A stretch of DNA of 64,000 nt from the human T2T-CHM13v2.0 reference genome, Homo sapiens, in assembly GCF_009914755.1 (NCBI RefSeq), contig NC_060925.1. The stretch is one strand, 5' to 3'. Positions 1 to 12,579 of the stretch are shown here, piece after piece. Made by a program: the position numbers and the translations under genes. Numbering within the stretch: the stretch's first letter is position 1; each line of letters begins with the position of its first letter. The notes under the pieces were generated by a model, which did not search any database, was not told the DNA's origin, and saw only the letters and a list, made by a program, of their open reading frames with translations.

Positions 1-509
1 GTTACATATATACATATTTTTCTCTTTATATCTTATTAGAAATACACTGTTATTATTTTTGCTTTAATAAGCCAATCAACTTTTAAGAAATTTAACAAAA
101 AGTAGTAGTTTAAAAATGTTTTATTTCTTTCCAGTGTTCACTTTTTTGGTACATTTATCTGACATAATTTCCTTTTAACCTAAAATTTCCTTTTAGCACT
201 TCTTATAGTACAAGTCTGCAACAATTCTTTAAATTTTTTCTTTTAATGCAAACATGGTACTTCATCCTCTCTTCATTTTTGAAGGATATTTTTGCTGGAT
301 ATAAAATTATAGGTTGACAGGGTTTTTTATTGTTTTGGGTTTTTGTTTGTTTGTTTTTTGGAGGGTGGTAGCTTAAAAATATAGCTCTGTTTTATTCTGA
401 ATAGAATGTTTCTCATAAGAGATCAGCCAACTTTTTACCATTGTTCCCTTGCAGGTAGGATGAAATAAGTACCTCCCACTATCTCTGGCTACTTTCTTTT
501 CTTTTCTGT

Positions 510-1850
510 TCTTTTTAAATTGACATATAATAACTCTACATATTTATGGGGTGAATAGTGAGGTTTTGATACATATTTTGTATAGTGATCAGATCCAAGT
601 AATTAGCATATCCATTATCTCAAACATTTATCATTTCTTTGTGTTGGTAACATTCAATATCTTCTTTCTCATTATTTGAAACTAGACGGATAGGTAGATT
701 GATAGATAGATAGATGGATAGCACAGTCATCCTCCAGAGCTGTATATCATTACAACTTATATCTTGTATCTGGCTATAATTTTGTATCCTTTAACAAATT
801 TCTCCCTGTCTCCCCTTCTCCTGGCAATTCCCAGCCTCTAGTATCCCCTACTATACTTTTTACTTCTATGAGATCCACATACTTGCGCTTCTGCATATGA
901 ATACAAATATACAGTGTTTAGCTTTCTGTTAACATGCTTGTTTCACTTAACACAATGTCCTCCAGTTCCATTCAGCCTTCTACAAATGACATAATTCCAG
1001 CCTTTTTATGGCTGAATAGTATTCCATGATGTACATATCACGTTTTTAAAAATCTATTCATCTGTCGTTGGACACATAGGTTGACTCCATATCTTGACTA
1101 TTGTGAGTAGCACTGCAATGAACATGGGGTGTGCAGGTGTCTCTTTGAAATATTGACTTCCTTTCCTTTACATTAGTGGATTTTTTTGTCTTTTTGATAA
1201 TAGCCATCCGAACTGGGGTGATATGATACCTTATTGTGGTTTTGATTTGCATTTCCCTGATTATTCGTGATGTTAAGCTTTTTTTCATATATTTGTTTAC
1301 CATTTGTATGTATTCTTTCAAAAATATCTGTTCAAATCATTTGCCCATTTTTAAATCAGATTGTTGGGTTTTTTTTTACTGATGAGATGTTTGAGTTTAT
1401 TCTATATTCTGGATATTAATTTCCCAGTGGATGAATGGTTTGCAAATATTTTCTCCCATTCTATAGTTGCCTTTTCACTCTGTTGTCGATCGTTTTCTTT
1501 GCCCTGCAGAAGCTCTTTAGTTTGATACAATCTCATTTGTTTATTTTTACTTTTGTTGCCTGTACTTTCGAGGTCTTATTTAAAATTTTTCCCCAAACCA
1601 ATGCCCTAAAGTGTTTCTCCTATATTTTTTTTCTAGTAGTTTTACAGTTTGGGGTCTTACATTTAGGTCTTTGATCCATTTTGAGTTGATTTGTGTATAG
1701 GATGACAGATGCAGGTCTAGTTTCATTCTTCTGCATGAAATATCCAGTTTTCTCAGTACCATTTATTGAAGAGATAATCCTTTCCCTGATGACTGTTCTT
1801 GTCACCTTTGTCAAAAATTAGTTAGCTATAGACACATAGATTAATTTATC
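510..1850 (-). mobile_element. L1MA-type LINE-1 3' end (ORF2 C-terminus and 3'UTR)
   Basis: Minus-strand ORF fragments [25 protein letters not shown] and [30 protein letters not shown] match L1 ORF2; L1MA-style 3'UTR next to a T-rich tail near 495-520. Confidence 0.9.
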
Positions 1851-2128
1851 CACCCAATGGTCATAAATCAGAAAAATTAATATTGTTAAAATGACCATAC
1901 TACCCAATCTACAGATTCAATGCACCCCTATCAAAATACCAATTGCCTTCTTCACAGAAATAGATAAAAATCTTAAAATTTGTATGGAACCAGAAAAGAC
2001 CTCAAAGGTCAAAGCAATCCTGAGCAAAAAGAATAAAACTGGATCCATCATACTACCAGACTTAAAAATATACTACAAAGTTCTATTAACTAAAACAGCA
2101 CAGTACTGGCATAAAAACTGACACATAC
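1851..2128 (+). mobile_element. Inverted 5' segment of the same L1MA (ORF2), twin-priming structure
   Basis: ORF 1891-2121 PIKIPIAFFTEIDK...KAILSKKNKTGSIILPDLKIYYK...WHKN is the ORF2 segment immediately upstream of where the minus-strand segment starts. Confidence 0.85.
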
Positions 2129-2323
2129 CTTCCTCTGCCGCTAGGACTTCAATCAAGTGTTTTTAGATCACTTGATACTGTCACACAGGTCATAAAGTGC
2201 TGTTTATTTGTAAATTTTCTTTCTTTTTTCTTCAGTTTGAATGCTTTCTGTTTAACTCTTTTAAAGTTCACTGGTCCTTTCTTCTTCATTTTTTAATCTA
2301 ACATAAATTTTATCTATATATAT

Positions 2324-2688
2324 TGTATTAGTTCATTTTCATGCTGCTGATAAAGACATACCTGAGACTGGGTAATTTATAAGGAAAAAGACTTTTAATG
2401 GACTCACAGTTCCACATGGCTGAGGAAGCCTCGCAATCATGGCAGAAGGTGAAATTCACATCTTACATTGCAGCAGACAGGAGAGGAGAATGAGAGCCAA
2501 GTGAAAGGGAATTCCCTTTATAAAGTCATCAGGTCTTGTGAGGCTTATTTACTACCACAAGAATAGTATGGGGGAAACCGCCCCCTGGATTCAATTATCT
2601 CCCACTGGGTCCCTCCCATGACAGGTGGGAATTATGGGCGCTACAATTCAAGATGAGATTTGGGTGGGAACACAGACAAACCATATCA
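2324..2688 (-). mobile_element. THE1C-like MaLR solo LTR
   Basis: TGTATTAGTTCATTTTCATGCTGCTGATAAAGACATACC...CAAACCATATCA; TG..CA ends; 5-bp TSD TATAT on both sides. Confidence 0.92.
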
Positions 2689-3544
2689 TATATATATTTG
2701 GGTCCTATTATTTCCATTTCATTTATTTTGAGTTTTTTATCTCTACTGATATTACCCATCACTTCACCCATGTTATTCAATTTTTCCCTGCAGAACCTCT
2801 AGCCATCATAGTTATTTAAGATTATTTGTCAACTAATTATTTTAATATCTAATGATTAATAGTCATCTTGATTATTGGTTACATTTTTCTGCGTCTTCAT
2901 ATATCTACTAATTTTTGATTGTATATTAAATAAATGTACCTTAACTTACCTTTTGTTTTACTCTCATATAATGTATCTATTTTAATATTTTCCTTACTTT
3001 ATAGGACAAAACTTTAAAAGTGAACATGACATAATTCTTGCTCCTAATACACATCAGTTTACAAAAGTGTGATGTGTTTTCCAAGTCCCTCTAACTTGGT
3101 TGGAATTAATTCCAAACTCTTTATAGTATGTGACTGTGACTACTGAATTGTCTGCTCATCTCTATTAACCTTCCAGCTGTTTTTTTTTTTTATTTTGCTT
3201 TGTTTTGTTTTTGTTTTTGTTTTTAATGTAGGCTCCTTGGTCTTGTAATGTGCATTCACTATTTAATGGTCAAAATAAAACTTGGAAAAATTTGCTTGCA
3301 GATTTTTCAGCTTCACAACATTATGAATTCCTCTTTGCAGGGATTTTTTGTTTGTTTGTTTGTTTGTTTCTAGACATTCTGGAAGCACCATATTCCAATC
3401 TCTGGCTTGTCAGCCAATAAGAATGACACTTTTTCCTTTAGCTCTATCCTCCACACATGGAATAGACCAGGAGAGTCCTTATTGACAAGCTGGTTAAATG
3501 TGGATCTCACCTAGTGTAACTCCCCTCCTTCAAGTTTCTGCCTT

Positions 3545-3912
<368 letters not shown>

Positions 3913-5064
3913 TAGAGTCTGTAATTGTTATCAGCAAGGTTACTAGAAGCTGAAGATCTTTTTAAAAAAACTTTTATAGCGCCTACCATTGTTCTTGGTA
4001 CATATTAGATGTTAGTAAATGAATAAGTGAATGGATAATGGAATACCTACAACTCTTAGAGAAATATCTACTTGGAATATGACACAAGCTTTCTGCTGTT
4101 AGCTATTTGTTTCTCTAAAATAAGTAAAAAATTCATACTTTTGGCTCACATATAAAATTTGTCAACTCTCCTTTGCTATAGATATTAACCTCTCAAGCTA
4201 AAGAGTTGACACGAATCCAATTTTTTGCTTGTTTTCACTTCAGAGATACAAATAGTGATTCATTATTACCTTCATTTGAGAATCAAAGAATATGGCTATA
4301 CACATTTACTTTATCATATATTTAAAGAATATGACAATTTCAAGTATAATTAATTTTGCCTTGAGATTTTAGTGTTTTATAACTAATACACAACTTTATG
4401 TAAAATGAGGAAAGTCAGTCTGCATCATTAGAATATGATACATACAGAATATATCAATGTAAAGTTTCAAAGTTAAGTTTTTGGCTGAATCTTACATCAC
4501 CTAAAAGAAGCACTGATTTTTTATAATTTTTAAATAATTCCAGTGATAATTAGCTGTTTGAACAAATTGGAAAATATACAAACATACCTGATAAAACAAA
4601 AACTTTTCCTGTAATTAGAATTGTGGTGCATGTAAAATATAGCAGTCTGCTTTTCTGTAGTAATTTAAATGTAAATTTCTTGTACATGTAAGCTAGAACT
4701 TACTATTGCATTCTTTGTGTAGTAAACATGACAGATTTATTGCCATGAGAGTGTTGTTGTAATTGTATACACAGAAAATTACTATATTTTATTTGAAACA
4801 CAATGTATTTAACCATAGAAAGTATTGTGCCTACTACCACTGTGAAATGTATAAATGAAGTATTAGCATAGTTTACAAGTTACTATAATATATTCATTAG
4901 GTAGTTACTTTTGTATTTGACTAGAGTTGCAGAATTAAGAAAATAATTCTGAAAATGTATAAATGCCTATTAACCATACTTTATTGAGAAGCTGGGGAGA
5001 GAAATTGAAAACCTGTTTATAACCTGCTACAGGTTGTGTTTTTAAAAGTTTCTCAAAATGTACT

Positions 5065-5808
5065 GTAATGTAAAACAACAGAGCACCTTAACACGTGAGG
5101 CAAACTGATAGAATTGCAAGGAGAAATAGTTGAATTCAATATTATAGTTGGAGACATCAACACCCCTATGTCAGAAATGACAGATCCAGCAGGCATTAAA
5201 TCAGTAGAGACATAGTTGACCTAACGAACATAATCAATCAGTGCGATATAATGGATATCTCTAGACTACTTTATCCAACAACAGCAGAATACACATTTTT
5301 CTCAAGTTCACCTGGAACATTCACTGAGATAACCCACAATCTGGGCCATAAAACATATCTTACCAAATTTGAAAGAATATAAATCATACAATGTTTGCCC
5401 TCAGACCACAATGAAATTAAGCTACAAATCAATAACAGAAAGATAACTGGGAATTCCCCAAACAGTTAGATTAAGCAACATGTCTAAATAATCCATGGGT
5501 CAAAAAACTGTCAAGATAAATTTAAAAACATTTTGAACTCAATTAAAATTAAAATGTAACATCAAAATTTGGGGGATGCAGCAAAAGCAATGTTTAGTGG
5601 GAAATTTATAGTATTGAATGTATATATTGCAAAAGAAAAAGAATGTAAAATCAATAATCTAAGCTCCCATCTTAAAAACTAGATAAAAAGAGCAATGTAA
5701 ATCAAAAGTAAGCAGAAGGAAAGAAATAAGAATTAGAGCATAAGTTAATAAAATTGAAAACAGGACATCGAGAGAGAGAAAACTAACAAAACCAAAAGCC
5801 AGCTCCTA
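5065..5808 (+). mobile_element. Old L1M (L1MD-like) ORF2 endonuclease-region fragment
   Basis: AAACTGATAGAATTGCAAGGAGAAATAG...ACAGCAGAATACACATTTTTCTCAAG...CTGGGCCATAAAACA; same region as 15240-15800. Confidence 0.85.
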
Positions 5809-5812
5809 AAAT

Positions 5813-7175
5813 GTTTTTAGGAGTAAGGTTTTTAGAAGTAAGGTTTTTTTGTCCCCTGGAATCTTTTAATATATTTTTCTTTATCTTTGATTTTCTGTAG
5901 TTTCAAAATGATACACCTAGAATTTTCTTTCCTTTTTCGTCTTTTTGCTGTTTTTCCTACAAAAATAACAGGCGTACTCTGAGCTTCCTGCATCTGTGAT
6001 TTGGTTTCTGACTTTATTTGGGGAACATTCTCAGTCATTGTTGTTTTAAATATTTCTTCTGTTTCTTTCTCTCTTTCTTCTTATTCTGGTATTCCCATTA
6101 TCCACAAGTTACACCTTTTCTAGTTCTCTCACAGTTTTTGTCTTTTTCTCTCTTTGCTTTTCAGTTTGTAAGTTCCAACTGATATATCCTCAGAGAGCTT
6201 TTCCTTAGCCATATCCAGAAACCTGAGCTCATCAAAGGCATGCTTCATTTGTGTAATGTTGTTTTTTCATCTCTAGCATTTCTTTTTGGTTCTTCATTAG
6301 AATTTTTATCTCTCTCCTCATATTGCCCATCTGTTCATGCATGTTGTCTATTTATCCTTCAGAGTCCTTAACATATTAACCACAGTTTCTTTAGATTCCT
6401 GATCTTATAATTTCAACATTCCTTCCATATTTGTTTCTGATTATTTCTCTGTCTCTTCACACTGGGCTTTTTCTCCTTTCTTTATGCCTTTTAATATTTT
6501 AAAAGCTGGGCATGATGTACTGTGTAAAAATAACTGTGCTAAATAGGTCTTTAGTAATGTGTGGTAAGTTTGGGGGAGAATTTGGTTATTCTATAGTCCT
6601 ATGACTAAGTGTCAGTCTATTGGTGAGCCTGTACCCCTGGACTGTCAAGTTCACCAGTGCTTCAATTTATTTGCCTCACCTTAGGTGGAACAGGATGACT
6701 AGAGTGGGCTGGAGTTGGGTACTTCCCTTCCCTCAGGTCAGTTAGGCTCTGAAAAAACCCTAGTAGGTTAGGTTTTGGTAAAAATAGTTTCTCTTGAAGA
6801 GAGGCCTTGTGAAAAACAGAGTGATCTGAAGTCTTTCAAATTGAGCACTTTCTCCTTCCCTCTGCCTGTGCTATACGGGGATTTTTTTCCCAAATATTCT
6901 GCGAGAATCTAATCAAGCTTGCAGAAGTAAAACTCACAAAAGTGTGAAGGCACCCCTATGACTGGGTCCCTTGAAGTTTTTAACTCAAACTTGTCCACAC
7001 TCAGCCTACAGAAATTCATCATTTACCATGTAGGAGCTCTTAACTCTGGCCCTGGTCCATGGAGATTTCTGCTTATGGGTTTCTGCTGCAGTACCTTGTG
7101 ACTCTCTACGTTCACCTGATGCTCCCATTCCGGGGGCAGTGGTTTGCCCTGTGACCTCACTTCTCTGAGGGATCT
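5813..7175 (-). mobile_element. Old L1M (L1MD-like) 5'UTR and ORF1 fragment
   Basis: Minus-strand ORF MTENVPQIKSETKSQMQEAQSTP...IILKLQKIKDKEK is L1 ORF1-like; its 5'UTR is homologous to the plus-strand copy at ~12700-13400. Confidence 0.8.
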
Positions 7176-8588
7176 ACGACTGCTGGCCAGTTGACTTTCT
7201 GTCCATAAACTTTCTCTTAGTTCTAAACAGTATCTTCAGGCAAAAGCAAATGTTTTTGCCAGTGGAAACATGGATAAGACTCCAAAAGTTGCAGGGTTAG
7301 TGGCAAATGGCCTCTGGCCTCCTTCTTGACACTATTACCGTCTACTGATGCCAGATCAGGGTACTATGATCTCATAGTCATAGACTGAGCAATTTGGTAA
7401 ACAATCGCACCTCAAGAATAAATGGGATGTCAGGGAACATTTTCTTTCTCATAAATCTAAGTAATTCAAATATTAAAATTCTGATCACTAAATGAGCGAA
7501 ATACATGTTGATTCAATTGTATTCGCTCATCAATGAGAAATAAATTAAACCCAGATGAAATTATCTTGTTTAAAAAAAAGTCCTCTAGGGTTGATTGTAT
7601 TTTCCTATCACTTAACTAAGTGCTAATTTTTAGGATCTGGTTGTGTTTTGAATTTAATTATTACAGAAAATACTATGAGAAAAGAATGAAACACAAGATT
7701 ATTAGACCATAGCATGCAGCTTAAAAATTCACATATTATAAAATTGTATTGGACTGAGAACAGCTGCCAATATCAGTAAAAATGATATCTGATGTCTCAG
7801 AATAAGGTTTATTATTCTTACACCTGTGATTTTATAACACATTTGCCAAATTGCATAAAACTGGTTGTTTTGGTTTATTTTCATGTTAAAAGTATTATAA
7901 TTATTTTCATGCTTTGATTGAAAAAGTTTTTTAAAGTATGAGTAAATTCAACTATTCTCAATATTCTCAAACAAAATAAAGTACTAATAATTCACACACA
8001 TTCACAAAAAACATTTCTTTGTTAATTTTTTTCTGACTTTTTCAGACAACAGAGTTAACATTAGGAGTATTACCTATCATCATAATGAAAATCTAAGTTT
8101 CAGGCACCTATTTCCACTATATTTACTCATTATTTACTCAATAATGAAGGTAAATGTTCAGGCAAGAAGACAACAGATATTTTCAATTTAAAACTTCAAG
8201 GCTAGAGGAGTCTTTTTCAAGATAACATCATTTCCTGCAAAATTATGACTGAGATTTTTATTGTGATTAAGTTTTCAGTCCTTTACACATTTGCATTCAC
8301 CACATCTAAACCTAAGACAAGATCAATATTCAATCATATAACTATATTATTTGTCTTTCTTTTTTTCTCTTGATTTTCTCCTTTAGAATCTTGTCATAAC
8401 ATATATATATATGATTACATCCCATTGTTTTCTCTTCAATGAGATTTTTCAATATTTCTAATTTCTCGATTTGCTTATTAAAGTAAGACTTTTAAACTTT
8501 TCCTGTGGCATATTATGTTTTAGTTGTTTTTTCATATATACAAAGAATATTCTTTCATAATCTGCTTTTTAGTTTTTATTTGTGTTTG

Positions 8589-8627
8589 GTGTGTGTGTGT
8601 GTGTATATATGTGTGTCTGTGTGTGTG
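8589..8627. repeat. Imperfect (TG)n microsatellite
   Basis: GTGTGTGTGTGTGTATATATGTGTGTCTGTGTGTG. Confidence 0.9.
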
Positions 8628-9423
8628 CAAAACAATCCTAGTACAAAAACGGAAAAGAGATGTAATATTAAAGTACAGGTTATGAAGGCTCAGTTTAGGA
8701 AGATGTAAAGAGAAGCTAATCATTAATTAGGAGAGTTGATAATTATTAATCAGAAGAGATGCTATACCCTCTTTTTTTGTAAGGAATCTTGTAAGCAGGC
8801 CCTTGTATTTTTAAAACTACAACATAAGTCCAAGGTTATCCAGATAAAAAGTGGCAGGGACAGGATTAAATTCTCATTTATCAAAATAGTACATAATCTG
8901 AGTTCTCAACTACTTGGCTATGCTACCTCCCAGGTTTGGGGCAACAAGGTTAAATGACTACTACTGATGCCCAGTGGCCTATTTGTCTTTCTCTGGTCCC
9001 ATATGTGATGGGTTTTCAGAGTGAAAGCCAATTCTATTCTTGGTTATGAGGTAAATATTTTCTTGACTTCCATTCAGTCTTTCTTGTTAGAAATGAGCAT
9101 CCACAGATATGAGAGTGAGTGTGAAGATAAAATAAATCAGGATAATAATGTAAAAAAAATCATAACACCGAAGTTCAGAACATCAGAGACCTGCACAGAG
9201 GCAAATATCCTATATCAACAATGAAGCTGTTTAGAGTCTACCTTTTTTTCCTGGATACGTAAAATTATTACAATAATATCTATCTCAATGAGAAGCAACA
9301 TAAATATTAAGTACTGAGTGGAAAACCTGAAGAAATATAATCAGCATGTTTTCTTATTATACGTATAGTTACATATAATCATATAATTATATGACATCAT
9401 ATATAGTATATATGTACTACCTA

Positions 9424-9461
9424 TACACACACACATACAAACACACACACACACACACACA
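9424..9461. repeat. (CA)n microsatellite
   Basis: ACACACACATACAAACACACACACACACACACAC. Confidence 0.9.
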
Positions 9462-11274
9462 CCAGCATATATGAAATGTAGGGAGACCTCCAGGGAAATG
9501 ACTACTGTGGTATTAATGAAATTCAAGAGCTTACAATATAGGGGTATAATAACAGTGACAATGAACATTTTCTGCTGGACTGATATATCTTTAACTTCAG
9601 TAGGGAATATAAACAACATTTTGAAAAATTAAAGAAAACAATACAAACATATGAAGAATCTGATCATCTTTTTACATTTTTGGATATTTAAAAAGTATCC
9701 ATAATTTATTTGACAACACTACTAGGTGCTTTACAAAAATAACTAAATAAAGCTTCTATTCTCAGTGCCTAAAGTAGGAATGACACAGATAACCTACAAG
9801 AGGGCATGAAAACATAAAATTATCTTCAAAATATATGAGCAAAAATAACATGGAATACTAAAATGTCCAGTTCTTCTGTAAAATCTCTCTTGGTGCAAAA
9901 TCTACTCACTGGCTCCTCTTAATAGTAGAAAGGAGTTGAAACCACCTTGCCTTCGAAGAAATCCATTTCCTGGTGTGCAAACACTTCATTTGCCAATCCA
10001 CAAATAGTTTGTTTAATGTTCCTGCTCAAATTAGAACAACCCTGATTTTTTCTTCTGTGATGTTATCATGCTAAAGGATATGCAGCATATCTTCGTGGTG
10101 AAATGATACTAGGCTGAAGCAAAACCAGAATTCACTGACAGACTAGAAATTTAATTTTATTTCTTGCCCTTTACCAAAAGTGATAGCTATAAAATTTAGA
10201 AGTTCCCTTACTGAATAAGATTTCCTTTTAGTTATTGTTTTGCACATAATCCAGAAAAGATTGTTGGCTGCAATTCTTGCAGTGTTACTAAAATATTTCT
10301 TTAACATCCCAAGCTAATATTATGTGTATGAATAGAAGACTAAGACAGAAGCTGAATTTTCCTATTGTGCTTCATCACAGGTTATACAGGGATTCAAAAT
10401 TTGGCAGGTTTTAGTAAATACTGCATACGCTGAAAGAGTTTAGAGTTTTGGTTGCCCCACACACAATTTCCCCACAGCCTCACATTTAATTAAATTTCCT
10501 TATTCAAGTTTGTGCTTGTTCCAAACCATAGAATTCCACTAATAATTTACATATTTTGGTAAGAAAATAGAACAAGCATATTTTCCATCAATTATTTTTG
10601 TCAACAGGAAAAGATGCAATTGAATAATATTTAAGTATTGACTGATCTGAAAATCAAACTCTTTCCTATGAAGCTCTCAGAAACTGAAGTTCTAAGTACT
10701 TATTCCTTTTTTTTTGTCTTAGTCTACACCTTTAAGAGGCTTCAAAATATTTCTGAAGTAAAAGAATAATAGAAAATTCATGTGGGAATTAGTCACTGCA
10801 GGCTTTTACTCAGGTTAAGGTGATATGTTTCATTAATGAAGATAAGGCTTGAGCACATGTCTAGAGTTTTGCTTCTGAGCTTAAAATAACTATGACAATA
10901 ATTTTCTATCACCCACCCTCAAAGTTGACTGTCCTTGAGTTGACACAATAGAGTTCTCTTGAAAACCTAAAGCAACGCAGAGAACTTCAGTGTAAACAAC
11001 TTAAGGAATTACCTTTGGAAGCAAAGACTTGTTTCTTATGATAATTTTAAATAAAAGTTCAATAATTATGCCTGATTTGTAATCTATAAATGTACATCTC
11101 TTTACCTTACACTATTTATAGACTTTACTAATTTAGAATTTAATAGGCCCTTTAGATTTATGAAGAGTTAAAAAAAGGGTATTTTAATGATTTAGGGTCT
11201 TATAATGTTTGTGTATTTAAAGTAGATCCCCATTTAGCAGTGCTCCACCTAATACATTAAAAAGCCATATTCTA

Positions 11275-11720
11275 TGTGTTCATTCAACAAATGCCAGACA
11301 GTGACTGAACCACAGAACTTACATGGAAATGCCCTCTATACAGTTTACCTTCTGATAGGGGGATGAGTTCATACCAGCCAATAACCAGCAAATAAATTAA
11401 TTACGCATTTTAAGGAACGTTCCCAGGGAATCTATCAAGATTCTAAGGTAAAAAAAAATAATGGGGAAGAGGAGGGGGATCCACTTGTATTTAGTAATCA
11501 GGGACTGCCACTCTGGCAAGGTGACTTGAGCTATGACCTGGGAGATGAGATGCCAGCCATGGAATGAAGTTGAATATGAGTGTTTTAGGTCGAGAAAACT
11601 GTATATTTGGACCTTGAGATGAAGAAGAGCTTGACATATTCAAGGATTTCTTTTTTTAAAAAAAATAAAAACATATGGAAGAGCATGATGAACCAGGGGT
11701 TAAGGAGTAAAAGAATGTGT
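11275..11720 (-). mobile_element. L2 3' fragment
   Basis: TTCATTCAACAAAT tail and L2-like GGTGACTTGAGCTATGACCTG...GCCAGCCATG. Confidence 0.6.
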
Positions 11721-12199
11721 TAGGTAACTAGTCAAAAGGTGTGTTAGAAATACGATGTCTTGGATTCATGTTTGACTCACTTCCTTCAACCCAAATGCAA
11801 AGCAGTAGCTAATGAAGTAGGAAAATATGGGAGAAAAAAGACATAGAGTGGCTCAAAGTATTAACATCTTTATGGAGTTGGTGAATTTAGATAAAACTGT
11901 ATAGATGATAGAATTAACGTACAGAAGTTGGGAGTAATGAGGCTTACTACTTGGATCAAAGAACTGAGTTATGTGCCCTATCTCAAGAAAAGTAGACTAA
12001 AACAAAAAGTGTTAACAACTGCCTGAGGCTATAGCTTTTAATAAGCGGCATATCTAAATGTGTAGAAGAAATGCACAGCCTCCTCCTCAGGAACTGAACA
12101 GTGACCCACTGGCAGGGTAATTGAATTTTTAATATATTTAATATCATAAAGTAATAGTCCTGAGTGTTTTTATATTACCTAGTTTGGACTTGCAGCACT

Positions 12200-12575
12200 G
12201 CAAACTAGGAAGGTAACCAAAAAGTTGTTAGAAAGTACACACAGAGAAATTAAGAAAATCAAAAGATATCTTCCACAAAAAATAAACCTGCAAACAAAAA
12301 TTCCAAAATACATGAAGAATTGAACAAAATTTAAAGTTAAAAAGTATCAAAATCAATAATTAAAAGATATTTCACTTCAAATGAAATTGATTTTATAGAT
12401 ATCTAGCAAATAATTTGAGACAAATTAATTAGTATCCTCATAGACAATAATTAAAGAATAATTTCTATTCAAAAAGGTAAACATTTATTACACAGCATAG
12501 GCATAACTGAGCAAAACCTTGGAAAAAAACAATAAGAGATTACGAAAATTATCATTTTAATCATTGAAATAAAAG
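12200..12575 (+). mobile_element. Very old HAL1/L1ME ORF1-like fragment
   Basis: A-rich stretch with AATTAATTAGTATCCTCATAGAC, similar to the HAL1 start at ~29280; heavily decayed. Confidence 0.35.
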
Positions 12576-12579
12576 GACA

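Noticed and set aside
4244-4325. Possible terminal exon after the acceptor TTTTCACTTCAG (DTNSDSLLPSFENQRIWLYTFTLSYI*)
   Set aside because: Peptide not recognised, no clear partner exon or poly(A) signal; such acceptors are common by chance in T-rich DNA.
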